The position numbers and the translations under genes were made by a program. This document shows positions 14,001 through 26,110 of a stretch of 64,000 nt of DNA, one piece after another (the stretch's first letter is position 1; every line of letters begins with the position of its first letter). The notes below the pieces were generated by a model. It was not told the DNA's origin. It saw only the letters and a program-made list of their open reading frames with translations, and made no database searches. This DNA comes from Balanoglossus misakiensis (Eukaryota; Animalia; Hemichordata), in NCBI GenBank assembly GCA_040954595.2, contig CM082598.2:6463097-6527096 (forward strand), given 5' to 3'.

Positions 14001-15111
14001 CACAGATGTTTGATCTGTTTCTACATAAATCTTCACATCTCTCAAATTTGTCATCATATTGGAGATGAGATGTTATTTATTCCAAATTGGCAAATGTTTC
14101 TTCTGTCAATTCTACTAAATTTCACTGTAGTTGTTGGCTAAATTTTCTTCTACATTGTGTAGGTTGCAAAAATAAATTGGTCACATTCAGTAAATGTTAA
14201 CTAACATTTATACATCAGTATCAGTTGTGATGTGTTCATTCATTGATAGAAAAATAAATAAATAAAGTTCAGTTTAAAATTGATGTATTTGTTATCGGTA
14301 ATGTTATTTGTTTTGCAAGTTGTCAAATTTGAGTTTGTTTGTGAATTATTCGTAGTAACTTTTCTTTATGTATCAACTGCCAGATATTTTGTCAGAATTC
14401 TTTTAGCTCGTTAAAATGCATGTATAAAACTGAATTACACATCTTGTGTGTAGAGTCTATACAGTTTCTGTTCACATGCCATTTTACTGTTGTTATCCAC
14501 AAGGGAGTTTGCAATGACAATTTGTCATTTGTGTGTTTGTTCGATCGTTCATTTTAACAAAATAACCTCATGTTACATGTTACAGTTTTCTTGACACCCT
14601 CATCATGCTCCTCCTTCATTACTAACAGGATGGAGACACACCTTTGCACATTGCAGCAAGGGATGGTGATGAAGGCCGTGCCAGATTGTTATTGGAACAC
14701 AAAGCTGATGTGACCATACAAAACAAGGTAAATACCAACCTGACTTATGCAGGTTAATTCTATCAGTATGGAAACAATTGTTTGTTTGTTTGTTTGTTTG
14801 TTTGTTTGTTTGTTTGTTCGTCCGTCCGTCCGTCCGTCCGTCCGTCCGTCCGTCCGTCCGTCCGTTTGTTTGTTTGTTTGTTTGTTTGTTTGCTTGTTTG
14901 TTTGTTTGTTTAAGAAAACACAGTACATTTCAATTTTTGTGACATTGTTCTCGTGCTCTTCCTTCATGACTTACAGAAAGGAGACCCCTTTGCATTTTGC
15001 AGCATATGTCATATAATTTTGTCATTGTCCTTTGAATCAAAACTGCTCCCTCTATCGGGTCAGTGTTATACTGGCAGGTGTGGAAACGATTTGCATTCCT
15101 TTCTTTCGTTG

Positions 15112-15152
<41 letters not shown>

Positions 15153-18100
15153 TAATCAATCAAATTATCTGTCAGACAATGACCCAATAGTATGCAGAAA
15201 ACTCTTGTTAACCTCGCAATAAGGGCTATGACTTTGATGTGGTTATTGTTTGATCAATTTTGAACAATCATTGTATTGAAGGAAATTAATTGGAAGTCTT
15301 CATCATACTCCTCATATTTACAAAGACATTGAGTTGGCATGTAAGGATTGTGTTGGTTGATATTCATTCTGGAGTATTCCCTCCTACCTGGTTTTCATCC
15401 AAAAATATTCTTTGATATCAATCACGTGTTCTGGCCATGTGACCACGGCATTGTCATATCCAGATAACGGGCAAGCAATATTTCTACATGCAGTAAAAGC
15501 TTTTTTCTGGCTACGATTATACTTTAAAACTGCCAGACACGTAACATGTATCAGGTATGGTGCCTCATCAGCCTCATTGCATTTCGTCTGCACGGTCTTT
15601 GTCTGCACCACGTTGCTGAAGTTGCCCGTCATCTGGAAATTTGAATGCCAACGTAACTGCGTCTGACATCTTTTGAATTTGAATAATTGAATGTCATGCT
15701 GAATACTTGAAGAATACTATCAATCAATCAATCAATCAAAAACATTTATATGGCGCCAATATCCAGAGAACTGTTCAGTGGCGCCCGATGGTTGTTCACA
15801 CACTGTAGGCTGTTTTAAACAAGTCAGTCTTCAGTTTCCCCTTAAAAGAGTCTAGACTGGTAGCTAAACGAATGTCATCAGGTAGTGAGTTCCAGAGCTT
15901 TGGAGCAGCATAAGAAAATGCACGTCCTCCATAGTTGACTTGTTTGTAATGTGTTATTGTCAGAAGGTTCTTTTTCTGAGACCTTAAGCTGCGTGAAGGG
16001 GTATATCGGTTAACCATGTCAGAAATGTACTCCGGGGTAAGGCCATGAATGGCCTTATATGTAAGAAGCAAGATCTTGTAATCAATCCTGGCACAAACTG
16101 GTAGCCAATACAGAGAGATGAGAGCGGGAGTAACATGTTCAAACTTCTTCGACCGGGTGATGATTCTTCCTGCTGTATACTAGCTGGTACGAATACCACA
16201 TTCTGCTTGTGGTTTCAGATAAGATGCAGATCAGCAGTGCCAATAGTCGTAGAAGTGTATGTGATGTTCTATAAGTCGCTTATTGCTGTGAAAATGAAAC
16301 TGGTATATAGAGACACACGTGCCTATCTCCATGGTCATAACATTAACCTCATTCTTTCATTGTACCGGTAGTAGACAATGTAGTAGTTCTTTAAAATGAT
16401 TTGGTGATATAAAGAGACAAGAACTATAGCAATACATCCATTGTTTTTAAAAGAACGAACTGATAAAATTTGACTTATAGGTGTGCATGCTTTAATCATC
16501 TGATTCATGTATTCATCTATGAAAAATTGTGATCCATTTTCAGAACGGAGTGACTCCTTGTCAAGTGGCAGGAAGGAACGTTGAGCGGGGTGCAGGCATC
16601 AATACTGCAAGAGCTTTTGTGGAATATCATTTTGACAATGAGAAAGTATATCAGGCAAGTATTGAGTTAGATTTAAAAGGGCAAGGTTACTCACTTTTGA
16701 TAATACAGTCAAATTTGTGTTAGTTACCACCTCTATATAGTGGCCACTTTGTTACAGTCCCTGCTAACATGGACATTTATTGACCTGTCTCTAAAGGCCA
16801 CCTGTCTATTAAGGTCAGTTTAGGAAAGTCACTATGACTGGCCAATTTGGACTATGAGATTTGACTGTATTTCATTTATTTACCAATTGGCTCTTTCTGT
16901 TGTTCTAAAAGATGCTCATTGACCAGTTTTTAAAGCTTACCAGCAACTCACACCCAGTGACACATGGAGATTTAAATCCATTTATTTTTTACCAAAATTA
17001 TTTAACAATAGTGTCCGTAATATGCATGGTGTGGTAAAATTGTCATATATCAAATGTACTTTACAGCTTGCTCATTCAATCATATATATTCTGTTTTCAT
17101 CAATGAAAATACAGGCAGTTATAAACTCCGTGTATGACAGAGATGGCAAAAGAGACCTGATCAACCATCATAAGGTATGTTGTAATGTTGATAATAAATG
17201 GCTATGAAAACATATCATATCACTAGTGTACTTGAATTTATCTTCTATATTTATAACATGGAAAACATAAAACCAGACTGTCATATAAATTGTTAACTAC
17301 ATACTTATTCTATTGTGCCAGCTAGGAAGGCATTAAAGGGACATTAGCTATAACTTTTGGCTTTATTTCCAGATTTTTTTCCTTTTGTGTACAAAATGCA
17401 ATTTCATGTTCTTCTCCAAACTGCATGCTAATATGCCCAGTACTCAGCTTGTGTATATTGCCTGTCTCTGTAACAACCATTGTTATTGTTGACTCATGAA
17501 TTCTAATCCGGACTTCAATTCAAATTTTGCAAAATAACAATGTTGAATATACACAAAGAGTACACAACTATCGAGGTATGCGACACAAAGAGATGACAAA
17601 CTTAGGCAAATACAAGTTATGGAAAAAATATGTTAAATTTGGCAGCTCATGAGGCTTTAACTATGCGTTATTTCTATAGTGTTAATGATAGCTTCCACAT
17701 CATAAGCACATCATAATAGTGTAGTTAACAATGTAAATTATATTTTTTGATACTAGCGTTTTTATCAATATCTTTTCTGAAGCAAAATGTCATGTGACTT
17801 CTTTTAAGACATGGTGTTTAATTGAAAGGCATGTAAATTGAGTGTAAAAATTCCCAATATATATAACACATAACGTATCTGTTCAAATTCTGACAGGTGT
17901 TTTCCCGCCAAAAAGAATTCACTACGCTCATGAGACAACCTGGTGTCAAACGTAACACTACAAAGATTGTGTTAGCTGGATACGGTGGGAATGGCAAAAC
18001 TACACTCAAAGAATCATTGCAGCGGGTGTGTAGAAATCTTTGATGATAAATACCAATTATTGCTGTTTGTGAGGAGTGAAGGATTTGTTCAAATGTCAAA

Positions 18101-21100
18101 GTTTTCATCAAGACTACATTTCAGTGGAAATCAGGGTACATATTTTGTTGACCAACCAATTCTCCAAATATTTTATATGATTACAATATGATGGGCATTA
18201 ATCCAGCTCGCTGATTGGCTCGAGCCGGGGCTAATATCCTCGACAAGAAGTCCTGGACCCTGAACAGTGAATAACTAAAAAATAAACGAAATGGGTCACG
18301 TAGAACAGAACGCCTCGCCTCGCTCAGTGATTATTTCCCGCCAAATATGCTAAGTTTCACCTGAGAGGTTTTATATCCACAACCAAATACTCTCGCTACC
18401 TGTTTATATCCTCTAAATTGTGAGAAAATCATCACTTATGTCCATATATTGCATTGCAGAACTTTCTGCAAGCAAAACTGACTCGACGGTCAGAAGAGAA
18501 AGCACCTTTACCAGGGAACATGCAGTATACACCAACACCCGGCATAGATGTAGCCACATTGTCCATACCCAAGATTGGCAAGTTCAGTGTGTGGGACTTT
18601 GCAGGACAAACAGAATACTATGTCACACATAATATGTTCTTAAGAGTTGAGAATGCAGTGGTTTTATTGGTCTTCAAAATGTCTGATGACAAGAAGGATG
18701 TAGTTTGGACACCAAGAAAACTTATGCAACAGCAGAGACAAGAGGTGGGTTGTTGTTCTTTTGTTATTGATGATCATTGATATTAATATTTTGGGCAATT
18801 GTGAAATTAAGGTAAAGATGAAACTCAGAAAAGGCACAGCGCATATATTATTTTTTTACTAAGCAGTGCATCAGTGAATTTGTTGGTGCAATATAGTGAA
18901 TCAAATTAAAGTAAAGATGAAAGGCACAGTATATATATTTGTGAAACATTTATCTGTTTGTGTTTTTATCCAGATTTGGGGATTGATTGAATATAATATG
19001 ATTGATGATTGTATATTCTTCTTCATGTCTTTCTTTAATAGGTGACATCATGGCTTGCATTCCTTAAGGCAATCATACCACAAGATATGGATGAGGATGG
19101 GAGTAAACCTACAGTGATATTGATTGGAAGCAAGGCTGATTTGTTGAAAGCTGAACACAAGAAAGAAGGTATGTTCAGTACATGCTTAGATAATAGGTGA
19201 CAAGAGCGAGGGTATTCACACAATTGGGAGCCTGGTGTGGGAGTACACTCAATTTGATTAAAATCAGATGTAGTGTTGGGCGCCTTCTTTACCGTTGCTG
19301 ATTCTTGGCTGTTCTGTTTGGAAAAGACACCCACACCACATCTGAACCTATGTCATAGGAGATCTATGTTTCGTTCTCACCCTTTCTCAATGTGATATAT
19401 CTGGGATATATTCAAGGAGAGCACAAGAGGACACAGCAGACAGTTGTTCATTTAACTTCAGGGAGACTTGTAGTACAGTTTATTACTACGCATGCGCACT
19501 CTACGTCATCATGAATACATGCATATATTACACTCAAACCAGTCAGAAAACTGGAGTTGTGACAAAACAATTTAACTTGAACATTAGAAATGCATGTCGT
19601 GCACATGACCAGTTCCGTAACATCGGGAAAGCCACTCTATGATTGGTCGAATGGATCCATTTGCTGAAAGGGTTGAAGCAAGGTGACTTTTTACGATTAA
19701 GCTAACCGAGCCCAATTTATCCAAGTCTTACCCCATTCCTGTAACAACCTAAATCTCCAGATATCTGTACTTGCTTTTACAAACAAAAAACTAACAAGTC
19801 AAGTTCCTATTCAACATTTTACCTATTTAGATAGTGTGATTGATGTAGAATTTCACCGGGTGCCTTATACAAAGCAGTAAAGTGGCCTCTTCTGTGTACA
19901 TGTCCATACTTTGTAAATAAAAACCTATCAGAAAGATTATTACTTTTTCTTGATAGCTGAATTGGTGATGAGGGAAATACTCCAGACAGCTCAGAAGACC
20001 TTTGGCAAATACCTGAATATTCTTGATGAGACATTCATACTGAATTGTCACAACTCACAGCATAATGATATGCACAGATTGCGTGAATGTCTACGTAGTG
20101 CAAAGGTATGGTTATATCAATATTCTGCAATGTGTGACTGGATTCAACATGTCAATTCATTAGGGCCATATTTGACAAAGGCATGCTTACATCACATGTT
20201 ACTGTCATGTAATGCATAGAGTCCAAGACAGCCAACTATCAGATAGCAATAACTGAACTCTAATCAGTGGGAAATAAGTCAAGGTTGTATACTTTTGACT
20301 TACTGGGTATCAGAACTGTCTAAAATAATGGGCTGTGTCTGTACAGGGTGAATATCACCGTTGCCAGTATTGTTCGAGTTGCTCTGTCTGAATGTTCATT
20401 TCACCAAACAACAGTATTATGGGGTCACACAGGGATCATTAAGATGTTTCTGAAACATCTCAGATGAAATACTGGCGTAAATTATCATGTGTGAATGGTT
20501 AAAGTGGTCCTGAAACTTCTCAGATTTGAGACGGCTTTGGTCAGACCTGAGCCAGTGTAAGGATTAACACCTCTCCGCAACCCAATTGTCTACAGGGCTG
20601 AGTCTCAGCACCTATACATAAACTTTGTGCGTGTGTGGACAGAATGCAACTGAAAAGATTAATGCTCTGTGTTTACTATAGGCAAATAGTGTCCCTGAAA
20701 CGTTTTGAATTTTACCCTGTCTGAACCTGGTATATGTTGGTGTGTTAATGTTACAGAGAGAAGAATACATACCAAAGTTGTGTGAAATGATACTTGATGA
20801 AAAAAGCAAATGGATTGTGAGCAGTTTCCCGGTCATCAAATGGAAAACATATGTAGAAAGAGTAAAAGAGTTAGATCTGATCATTGATGAAGAGTTTCTA
20901 AAGAAAGCTACAAGATATCTTCACTACCTTGGGGAGGTAAGTTTATTATAGAAATTATTGCTGATGACATTACCCCCTTGATCAATAGGTTAAGAAATCC
21001 ATGAAGGATACTGTAAAATGTGTTATTTTCGGGAGCAATAAATTTTCGTGAAATACGCTAGAGCCCAAAAAGATGTGAAAATAAAAAGTCGCGTAAAATG

Positions 21101-23429
21101 TTTTTCGGGGGTTAGTGATGCAGTTAGTGAAATACGAGAAAGCATAGCAGTTGCTTCTTTTGATATTGCGAAAATTTCCTGTTGCGGAAATACTGTAAAA
21201 CACGTTATTTTCGCGAGTTGAAATTTTCGCGATATCGAGAGAGGCCACTGTTTTGCGAGTATTAATTTTCCCGTTCTCTTTTTTTCATTCACTGCATCGT
21301 TATCTTAAAAAAAAATTACGCGACTTTTTATTTTCACGCTATTTTGGCTCTCGTGTATTTCGCGAAAATGTATTGCTCGCGAAAATAAAGTGTTTAACAG
21401 TAACCCGTTTTACAGTATGAAGTCATACTACAAAGAAAATGTTCTCGCAAAGTTTGGAGAAAGTGCAGTACTGCAATTGTGTTTATCACAGAACAATTAC
21501 TGATAAAACCTTTCCAAAGACCAGCAGGAGTTCTGAAAGTTTTCTAGAAATTCTTTTAATCCTATCAATGCCAGGGTTCGTCAATAATAGAGGGCATCAT
21601 TGGCTTCAACATATAAACCATGGGATATGAAAAGCAAGTACTAATACCGAAACCAGAAAAAAAGCTGGCAAATTTGTTGACGAGGGGTGTGCTTGTGTCA
21701 ACTGTTAAGTTAAGCACTGTTTGTCTGGTAATGATTGGTGTCATACAAATTTAAACCTTTTGCCACCATGGTTCAGTCCAAACCCATTGTTTTCTATGGT
21801 GAAGTTGGACCTCTAAAGAGGGATCTGGGGGTGAAAGGGTTGACAGAGCCTTTTGCTGAGGATCTAGACAGGGATTCAGACTGAGAAAAAAAACAGAAAA
21901 GGCCCTCTGCTATAAACATGTTTTTGTGTTCCATGTGTATCACTAGTGTGGGAATAGCCCCGACATTGTCCCTAAACTACCAGTGGCAATATTGTGGCGT
22001 TTTGATGAGGTTGTTTTCGATCACTATAGCTGAGATGGTTTGGCCAGGCAAGACTAGACTTCGCCTGGGTGTCGCGGTTTCCCCATGTATGATCAGCCAT
22101 GCACACATCTACAGACTGGTATGTGTGTCACTAAGATATATGCACAATTTCATTTGAATAAATGTCTCAAAAAATAAGTATTTTTCCCCATTATAAAAGA
22201 AATGTTCCATTTTTTATTCACAGATGCTCCGAATCGAGAGTACCCTACCAGATTCAGATGACGTCATTGTTCTTGATCCCCAATGGTTATGTTCTAGAAT
22301 ATTCGGTCCCATGCTGGCTCCCGAAATATTTGAGCAGTTTGCAAACCGCTTGCCACGGAAGTCCTTATATATGAGAAGCGAAATTGAGGAAGTTTTCCAT
22401 GGTCTGGCAGATATTGATTTGCTGATAAATCTTCTCAAAGAGTTTGACCTTCTCTACGAGGTCATGTCTGAATCGAATACTCTAACTGGGTATGTAATAC
22501 CTGGGTTGTTGGACACAGATATGCCTGCAAATCAGTGGAAACAGGATGCTACTAAGAAGATTTACTATGGTAGACGGTTCCAATGCAGAGATGATGCTGA
22601 TAGTTTCTCGCCAGGATTTTTCCCCCGACTTCAGACCCGAATAGAACGCCATTTCCAAAAGATCAACCGACACACAACTGGTATATGGAAAAATGGCATC
22701 AAAGTGTGTCACAATGCAGAATGCTTGGTGTATATGACAAAAGGTTGGAGAGCTATCCATGTTTGTGTTAGAGCAGAGAAAGAAGAGGAAATCGGCGAAT
22801 GCTACAAATTATTAGAGACAATAACTGATATTGTCTATGAAGTGTTAGAGATCTGCTGTCCTGGCACAAGACTTGTCATCCATGTATTGAGTTCAGATTC
22901 TCTTCGAAACCATCGCAACCCTGAAGATGTCACATTCTATACATTGGAGCAAATTCGGGAGGCAGAAGAGAGAAATGAAAAGGTGTACAACGAGGCGATG
23001 GTGATTTCAGAAGCAGCTACCGACTTGCTTTGTGCTGGGTATGATCCAACCATCCTCCGACACAGTGGATATGAAAGTGATGTCAAGTGGATGCTGAAGG
23101 ATTCCCTCAAGATATTTTCTAATATCATGGATATCATCCGTTTATCCGGCAATGACTACAGGGCTATGGCAGACTTGATGGGGATCCCTCGCATGGAGGT
23201 GGATTCATGGCAATACAGTGCATCGATTCAATCCCCCACACAACATGCTTTATCTGTTTGGTCCAAGGGCTGTGGAGGACAACAACGTGCAGGCCAACAG
23301 CCAACTGCAGATAAGAAATTCTGTAAGAGCAATTTTGCCAACCTGGTTAAAATTCTTGAGCAAGAAAGTTGTGATGTCTACGCTGCCAGAGAAGAAATAC
23401 ATGAGATGTTCCGAAAACTTGGTGTGTAA
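10910..23429 (+). CDS. DAPK-type Roco protein (ankyrin repeats - ROC GTPase - COR - death-like domain), spliced, 5'-partial
   Basis: Phase-compatible exons: 10910-11005, 14629-14727, 16544-16654, 17115-17174, 17897-18025, 18460-18744, 19042-19168, 19957-20105, 20757-20936, 22224-23429 (TAA). Motifs: ANK GDxPLHxAA..LLEHKADV; P-loop GYGGNGKT; switch TPGID; WDFAGQ; G4 SKAD; COR LDPQWLC...YYGRRFQC...GFFPRLQ...IWKNGIK; C-terminal death-like GNDYRAMADLMG...SPTQHALSVW. Confidence 0.9.
12774..13216. repeat. Three tandem copies of a ~154-bp unit, probably from a DNA-transposon interior
   Basis: CCCGT(A/T)GGATTTTTGTGCTAAAATTGAT starts at 12774, 12928 and 13081. The sequence is unrelated to the 157-bp satellite. 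Confidence 0.85.
13421..14049. repeat. Second, short (4-copy) array of the same 157-bp satellite
   Basis: Four diverged monomers ending in the same CTCAAATTTGTCATCATAT junction as the big array. Confidence 0.97.
14629..14727 (+). CDS. Ankyrin-repeat exon B (33 aa, phase 0-0) of the Roco gene
   Basis: taacag|GAT...AAG|gtaaat; DGDTPLHIAARDGDEGRARLLLEHKADVTIQNK. Confidence 0.9.
14779..14910. repeat. Compound microsatellite (GTTT)n-(CCGT)n-(GTTT)n
   Basis: Read directly. Confidence 0.95.
14950..15070 (+). pseudogene. Truncated, frameshifted third ankyrin-exon remnant
   Basis: CCTTCATGACTTACAG|AAAGGAGACCCCTTTGCATTTTGCAGCA matches the ANK acceptor and exon start with a small deletion. It then jumps to TTGTCCTTTGAATCAAAACT..CTCCCTCT, which matches the intron after exon A (~11125-11180). 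Confidence 0.7.
15720..16176 (-). mobile_element. 5'-truncated L2/CR1-type LINE (C-terminal end of ORF2 plus 3' tail)
   Basis: Minus translation TAGRIITRSKKFEHVTPALISLYWLPVCARIDYKILLLTYKA...GGRAFSYAAPKLWNSLP...FKGKLKTDLF; (TTGA)n tail; candidate TSD ATACTA at 15714-15719 and 16177-16182. Confidence 0.9.
16706..16867. mobile_element. Tc1/pogo-like MITE
   Basis: TA|CAGTCAAAT...ATTTGACTG|TA terminal inverted repeats with TA flanks. Confidence 0.7.
21011..21400. mobile_element. Tc1/mariner-like MITE with CGCGAAAAT-type internal repeats
   Basis: TA|CTGTAAAATGTGTTATTTTCG...CGAAAATAAAGTGTTTAACAG|TA. Confidence 0.7.
22224..23429 (+). CDS. Terminal exon of the Roco gene: COR domain plus death-like domain
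   Basis: 401-codon ORF starting right after ttcacag. It is in phase with the upstream exon ending ...LHYLGE|gtaagt. Confidence 0.92.
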   Translation: MLRIESTLPDSDDVIVLDPQWLCSRIFGPMLAPEIFEQFANRLPRKSLYMRSEIEEVFHGLADIDLLINLLKEFDLLYEVMSESNTLTGYVIPGLLDTDMPANQWKQDATKKIYYGRRFQCRDDADSFSPGFFPRLQTRIERHFQKINRHTTGIWKNGIKVCHNAECLVYMTKGWRAIHVCVRAEKEEEIGECYKLLETITDIVYEVLEICCPGTRLVIHVLSSDSLRNHRNPEDVTFYTLEQIREAEERNEKVYNEAMVISEAATDLLCAGYDPTILRHSGYESDVKWMLKDSLKIFSNIMDIIRLSGNDYRAMADLMGIPRMEVDSWQYSASIQSPTQHALSVWSKGCGGQQRAGQQPTADKKFCKSNFANLVKILEQESCDVYAAREEIHEMFRKLGV

Positions 23430-24077
23430 GCTGATCATCATGATGTTGAAGGTGACATGGCTAATCTACATCTAACGTCCTAAGATGATGACGTCAACAT
23501 CTCAGAAGCAGACCATTGTGACGTCAGTATAACAATTTCTGACTAGTATGGCAAACGATGGCAGTATTTCCATGGAACTTGTTGCAATGTCTGAGAATTT
23601 AACTGAGTAAAGTAATGGGTGTGTGCAAGGAAAAGGTTCCGAACACACATACCGTCCTGTTATTAGCCCTGCAAAGAAATCAAAGCCAATACACCAAACC
23701 ACCCTCCACCATGACTGTCTTCTCAATAACCAGGCTGTACAACGAGGAAATGGTGATTGCAGAAACAGCTACCAACAGGTGACACTACTAAAGATAATTG
23801 TATGGGATCTAGCATGAGATAACAGAAAATGAACTACCCAAGTACGGTATAAGACAACCACAATTGTGTAGACACTGACCTATTTGAAGTGTATGTACTG
23901 GTTAATTACATATTAAATCACTCTGATGAACATGATGTCATGTTCACCCGATGGAGCCACATGCAAATAAAGTGGGTCAATTACAATTATGAGAAAGTGA
24001 CAATTAAGAAATTGTCATGTTGAGTTTACAAGCTGCAGCTAATGATTAGTAGTATACATCAATGACCATTATAGCAA

Positions 24078-24083
24078 AATAAA
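24078..24083 (+). promoter_or_regulatory. Candidate polyadenylation signal of the Roco gene
   Basis: AATAAA followed by a T/GT-rich tract. Alternatives at 23966 and 24548. Confidence 0.4.
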
Positions 24084-25628
24084 GTTAAATGTTTTTTTTA
24101 ATTCTAGTGATTTTTGTGATTTGTTGCAACATTTTTTTTCAAACTATTGTTTTCACCAAAAAGCTGTACAGTAATATTTTAATCATGATCATCAATATCT
24201 TCAGTAGAAACATTACTTTTGTTTGTTGACAGATTTAGGAAATTCACTCTATGTTTTGCAGATGTTCATTTCAAGCCAAAAAAACAGAAACATACGTATC
24301 CTGTCAGTATAAAATGTCTCTGATTTGTAAAGCCAAATTAGTTTGTAAAGAGTTAGTGTGTTTCAAATCGCACTAACAATAACTCCAATAAGTTTTAGCA
24401 GAAATCTGAAACACTTGTTAAGAACATGTTCACAATGATTTTGTGTAATGTTCTGGACTTCAGTTTTGATGTGTACTATTTCCCAATAGCAAATGACTAA
24501 CCAAGAATATGCAATTTAAGAGAGGTTGTCATACACTTCTTGCTTTGAATAAACGGTAGAGACCGATTATTCATTTTGACGAGTTTTTTTCTCTCGTGTG
24601 TACAAGTGGGATGGAAGTTGTGTGTGGTCGAATGTTGATTCACTACATATCCAACATAAACAGTTGTATCGTATCAAACGTAATTATCAGAAAAAGGGCA
24701 GTAATGAAATCAATCCCACTTCTGTTCACTCAACTACTGGAAAGTAAGCCGTGCTTTGATTGGTTGCCTACTGAGACAAATGTGTAGATAACCAATCACA
24801 ACACAGCTACCTTCAGGATTGAGCATGTAGAAAGTGTAGTCTTCCTCAGAAATCGCCCAAAGCAATGTAGTATTTAAAGCCTTATCACTTCGCTCAAGGA
24901 TATTGCCTATTGTTATAGGATTGGGCATGTGAATGGTGTCATTTTCGGCAAAGTTACCTTTTACTTGGGCTTGAGACCTCCCCTTTTCCAAAACACTCTT
25001 CCCTATCCTATAAAAATACCCGCCCCTACAAACTCCCACCTCTTTCAAAAACATACGTACCCATACCTCACAGCGGTTGATATTATTTGCTTAATATCTC
25101 GTTTTATTTTTACATAAACGTATGGATTATACTCCTCTGACCGTACTTTTCTATAGTTGTATACATTTCATTCGAAAATAACAAAAGCATAAATATGCTA
25201 CATCTCTGGGTGTTGCTAGCTTCTCTCCACTAATGATATCTTGTACTGAAAGCAGCATTATATTGTTGCTCTCCTGTCTAAATGCGCCCTCTAACGAGAT
25301 CCACGAACATGTACCCCGGGTTCTTGCAGCGTGACTTACTGGGTACTTCCGTTCCCACTCTGGGGTCACAAACTGAAATTGACAACAGGGGCACATGTTA
25401 CTAGAGGGCACCCCCAGACAGGAACCTGCAAATAACAGGCTGCTTGAAGCATAGGGCTTTTATTATACGCCCCCTGTCTAAGGGACCATAGTAACTGGAA
25501 ATATAGACTGAAACATTGCATGATTTATTTATTTATTCATTAATGTCTTTATTCAATATATTAAACACTTGTACACAAGTTTGGTGAACATGGAAAAAAT
25601 GTATCGTCATTATATTGTTTCACAGCCG

Positions 25629-26110
25629 TTACTTTCTCTCTTTGCAGTCCCTTGCAAAGTGGCCAGGTTCACCACAAACGTAACATTTACCAATACCGCG
25701 GGTATGGGATTTGATCCTTGATGGCCGCCTCTGTCCATTCTTCTGCCATACGGCCGGGCATATGGGACGAATCTAGGGGTCTGCTTCATGAATTTGTGGA
25801 CTTTTGAAGCGATCTCTTCTTCCTCCTTGCTCCCGAGAAGAAGGACAATGAGGCGCCCAGCCTCCTCCCCGAAATCGCTCGCTTCGAATTGAGACAACAC
25901 CGCCCTGAATCTTTCCAATTTAGGGTGGGCTTTGGCTGTCGCGCTATCCACCAGAGCTCGTAAAGCATTCACCAACTGCCGTCTCGCGGTTACCGTGGTA
26001 TTATGTGCTAGATCCATATCCTTTTGTAACGCCACGTCCATAGAGGCTGTACCAGCCTTGCTTTCAAACATCTGGAGCTTGCGCTTCATGTCTGCCAGCT
26101 GTTCCTTTAC
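25629..26110 (-). pseudogene. Gag-like ORF with a frameshifted CCHC zinc knuckle (retroelement relic, possibly DIRS-type)
   Basis: Helical ORF 26089-25610. A shifted frame at ~25697-25629 reads GIGKCYVCGEPGHFARDCKERK* (CX2CX4HX4C). A splice-acceptor-like tttcag lies just upstream of 26110. Confidence 0.6.

Noticed and set aside
14689-15016. ORFs with KQTN/DGRT/CLFV repeats (also 37747-38268, 50063-50345, and the repetitive part of 59580-59951)
   Set aside because: Translations of tetranucleotide microsatellites
10910-23429. Assigning the symbol DAPK1 or LRRK2
   Set aside because: No kinase domain visible and the sequence is too divergent to claim orthology
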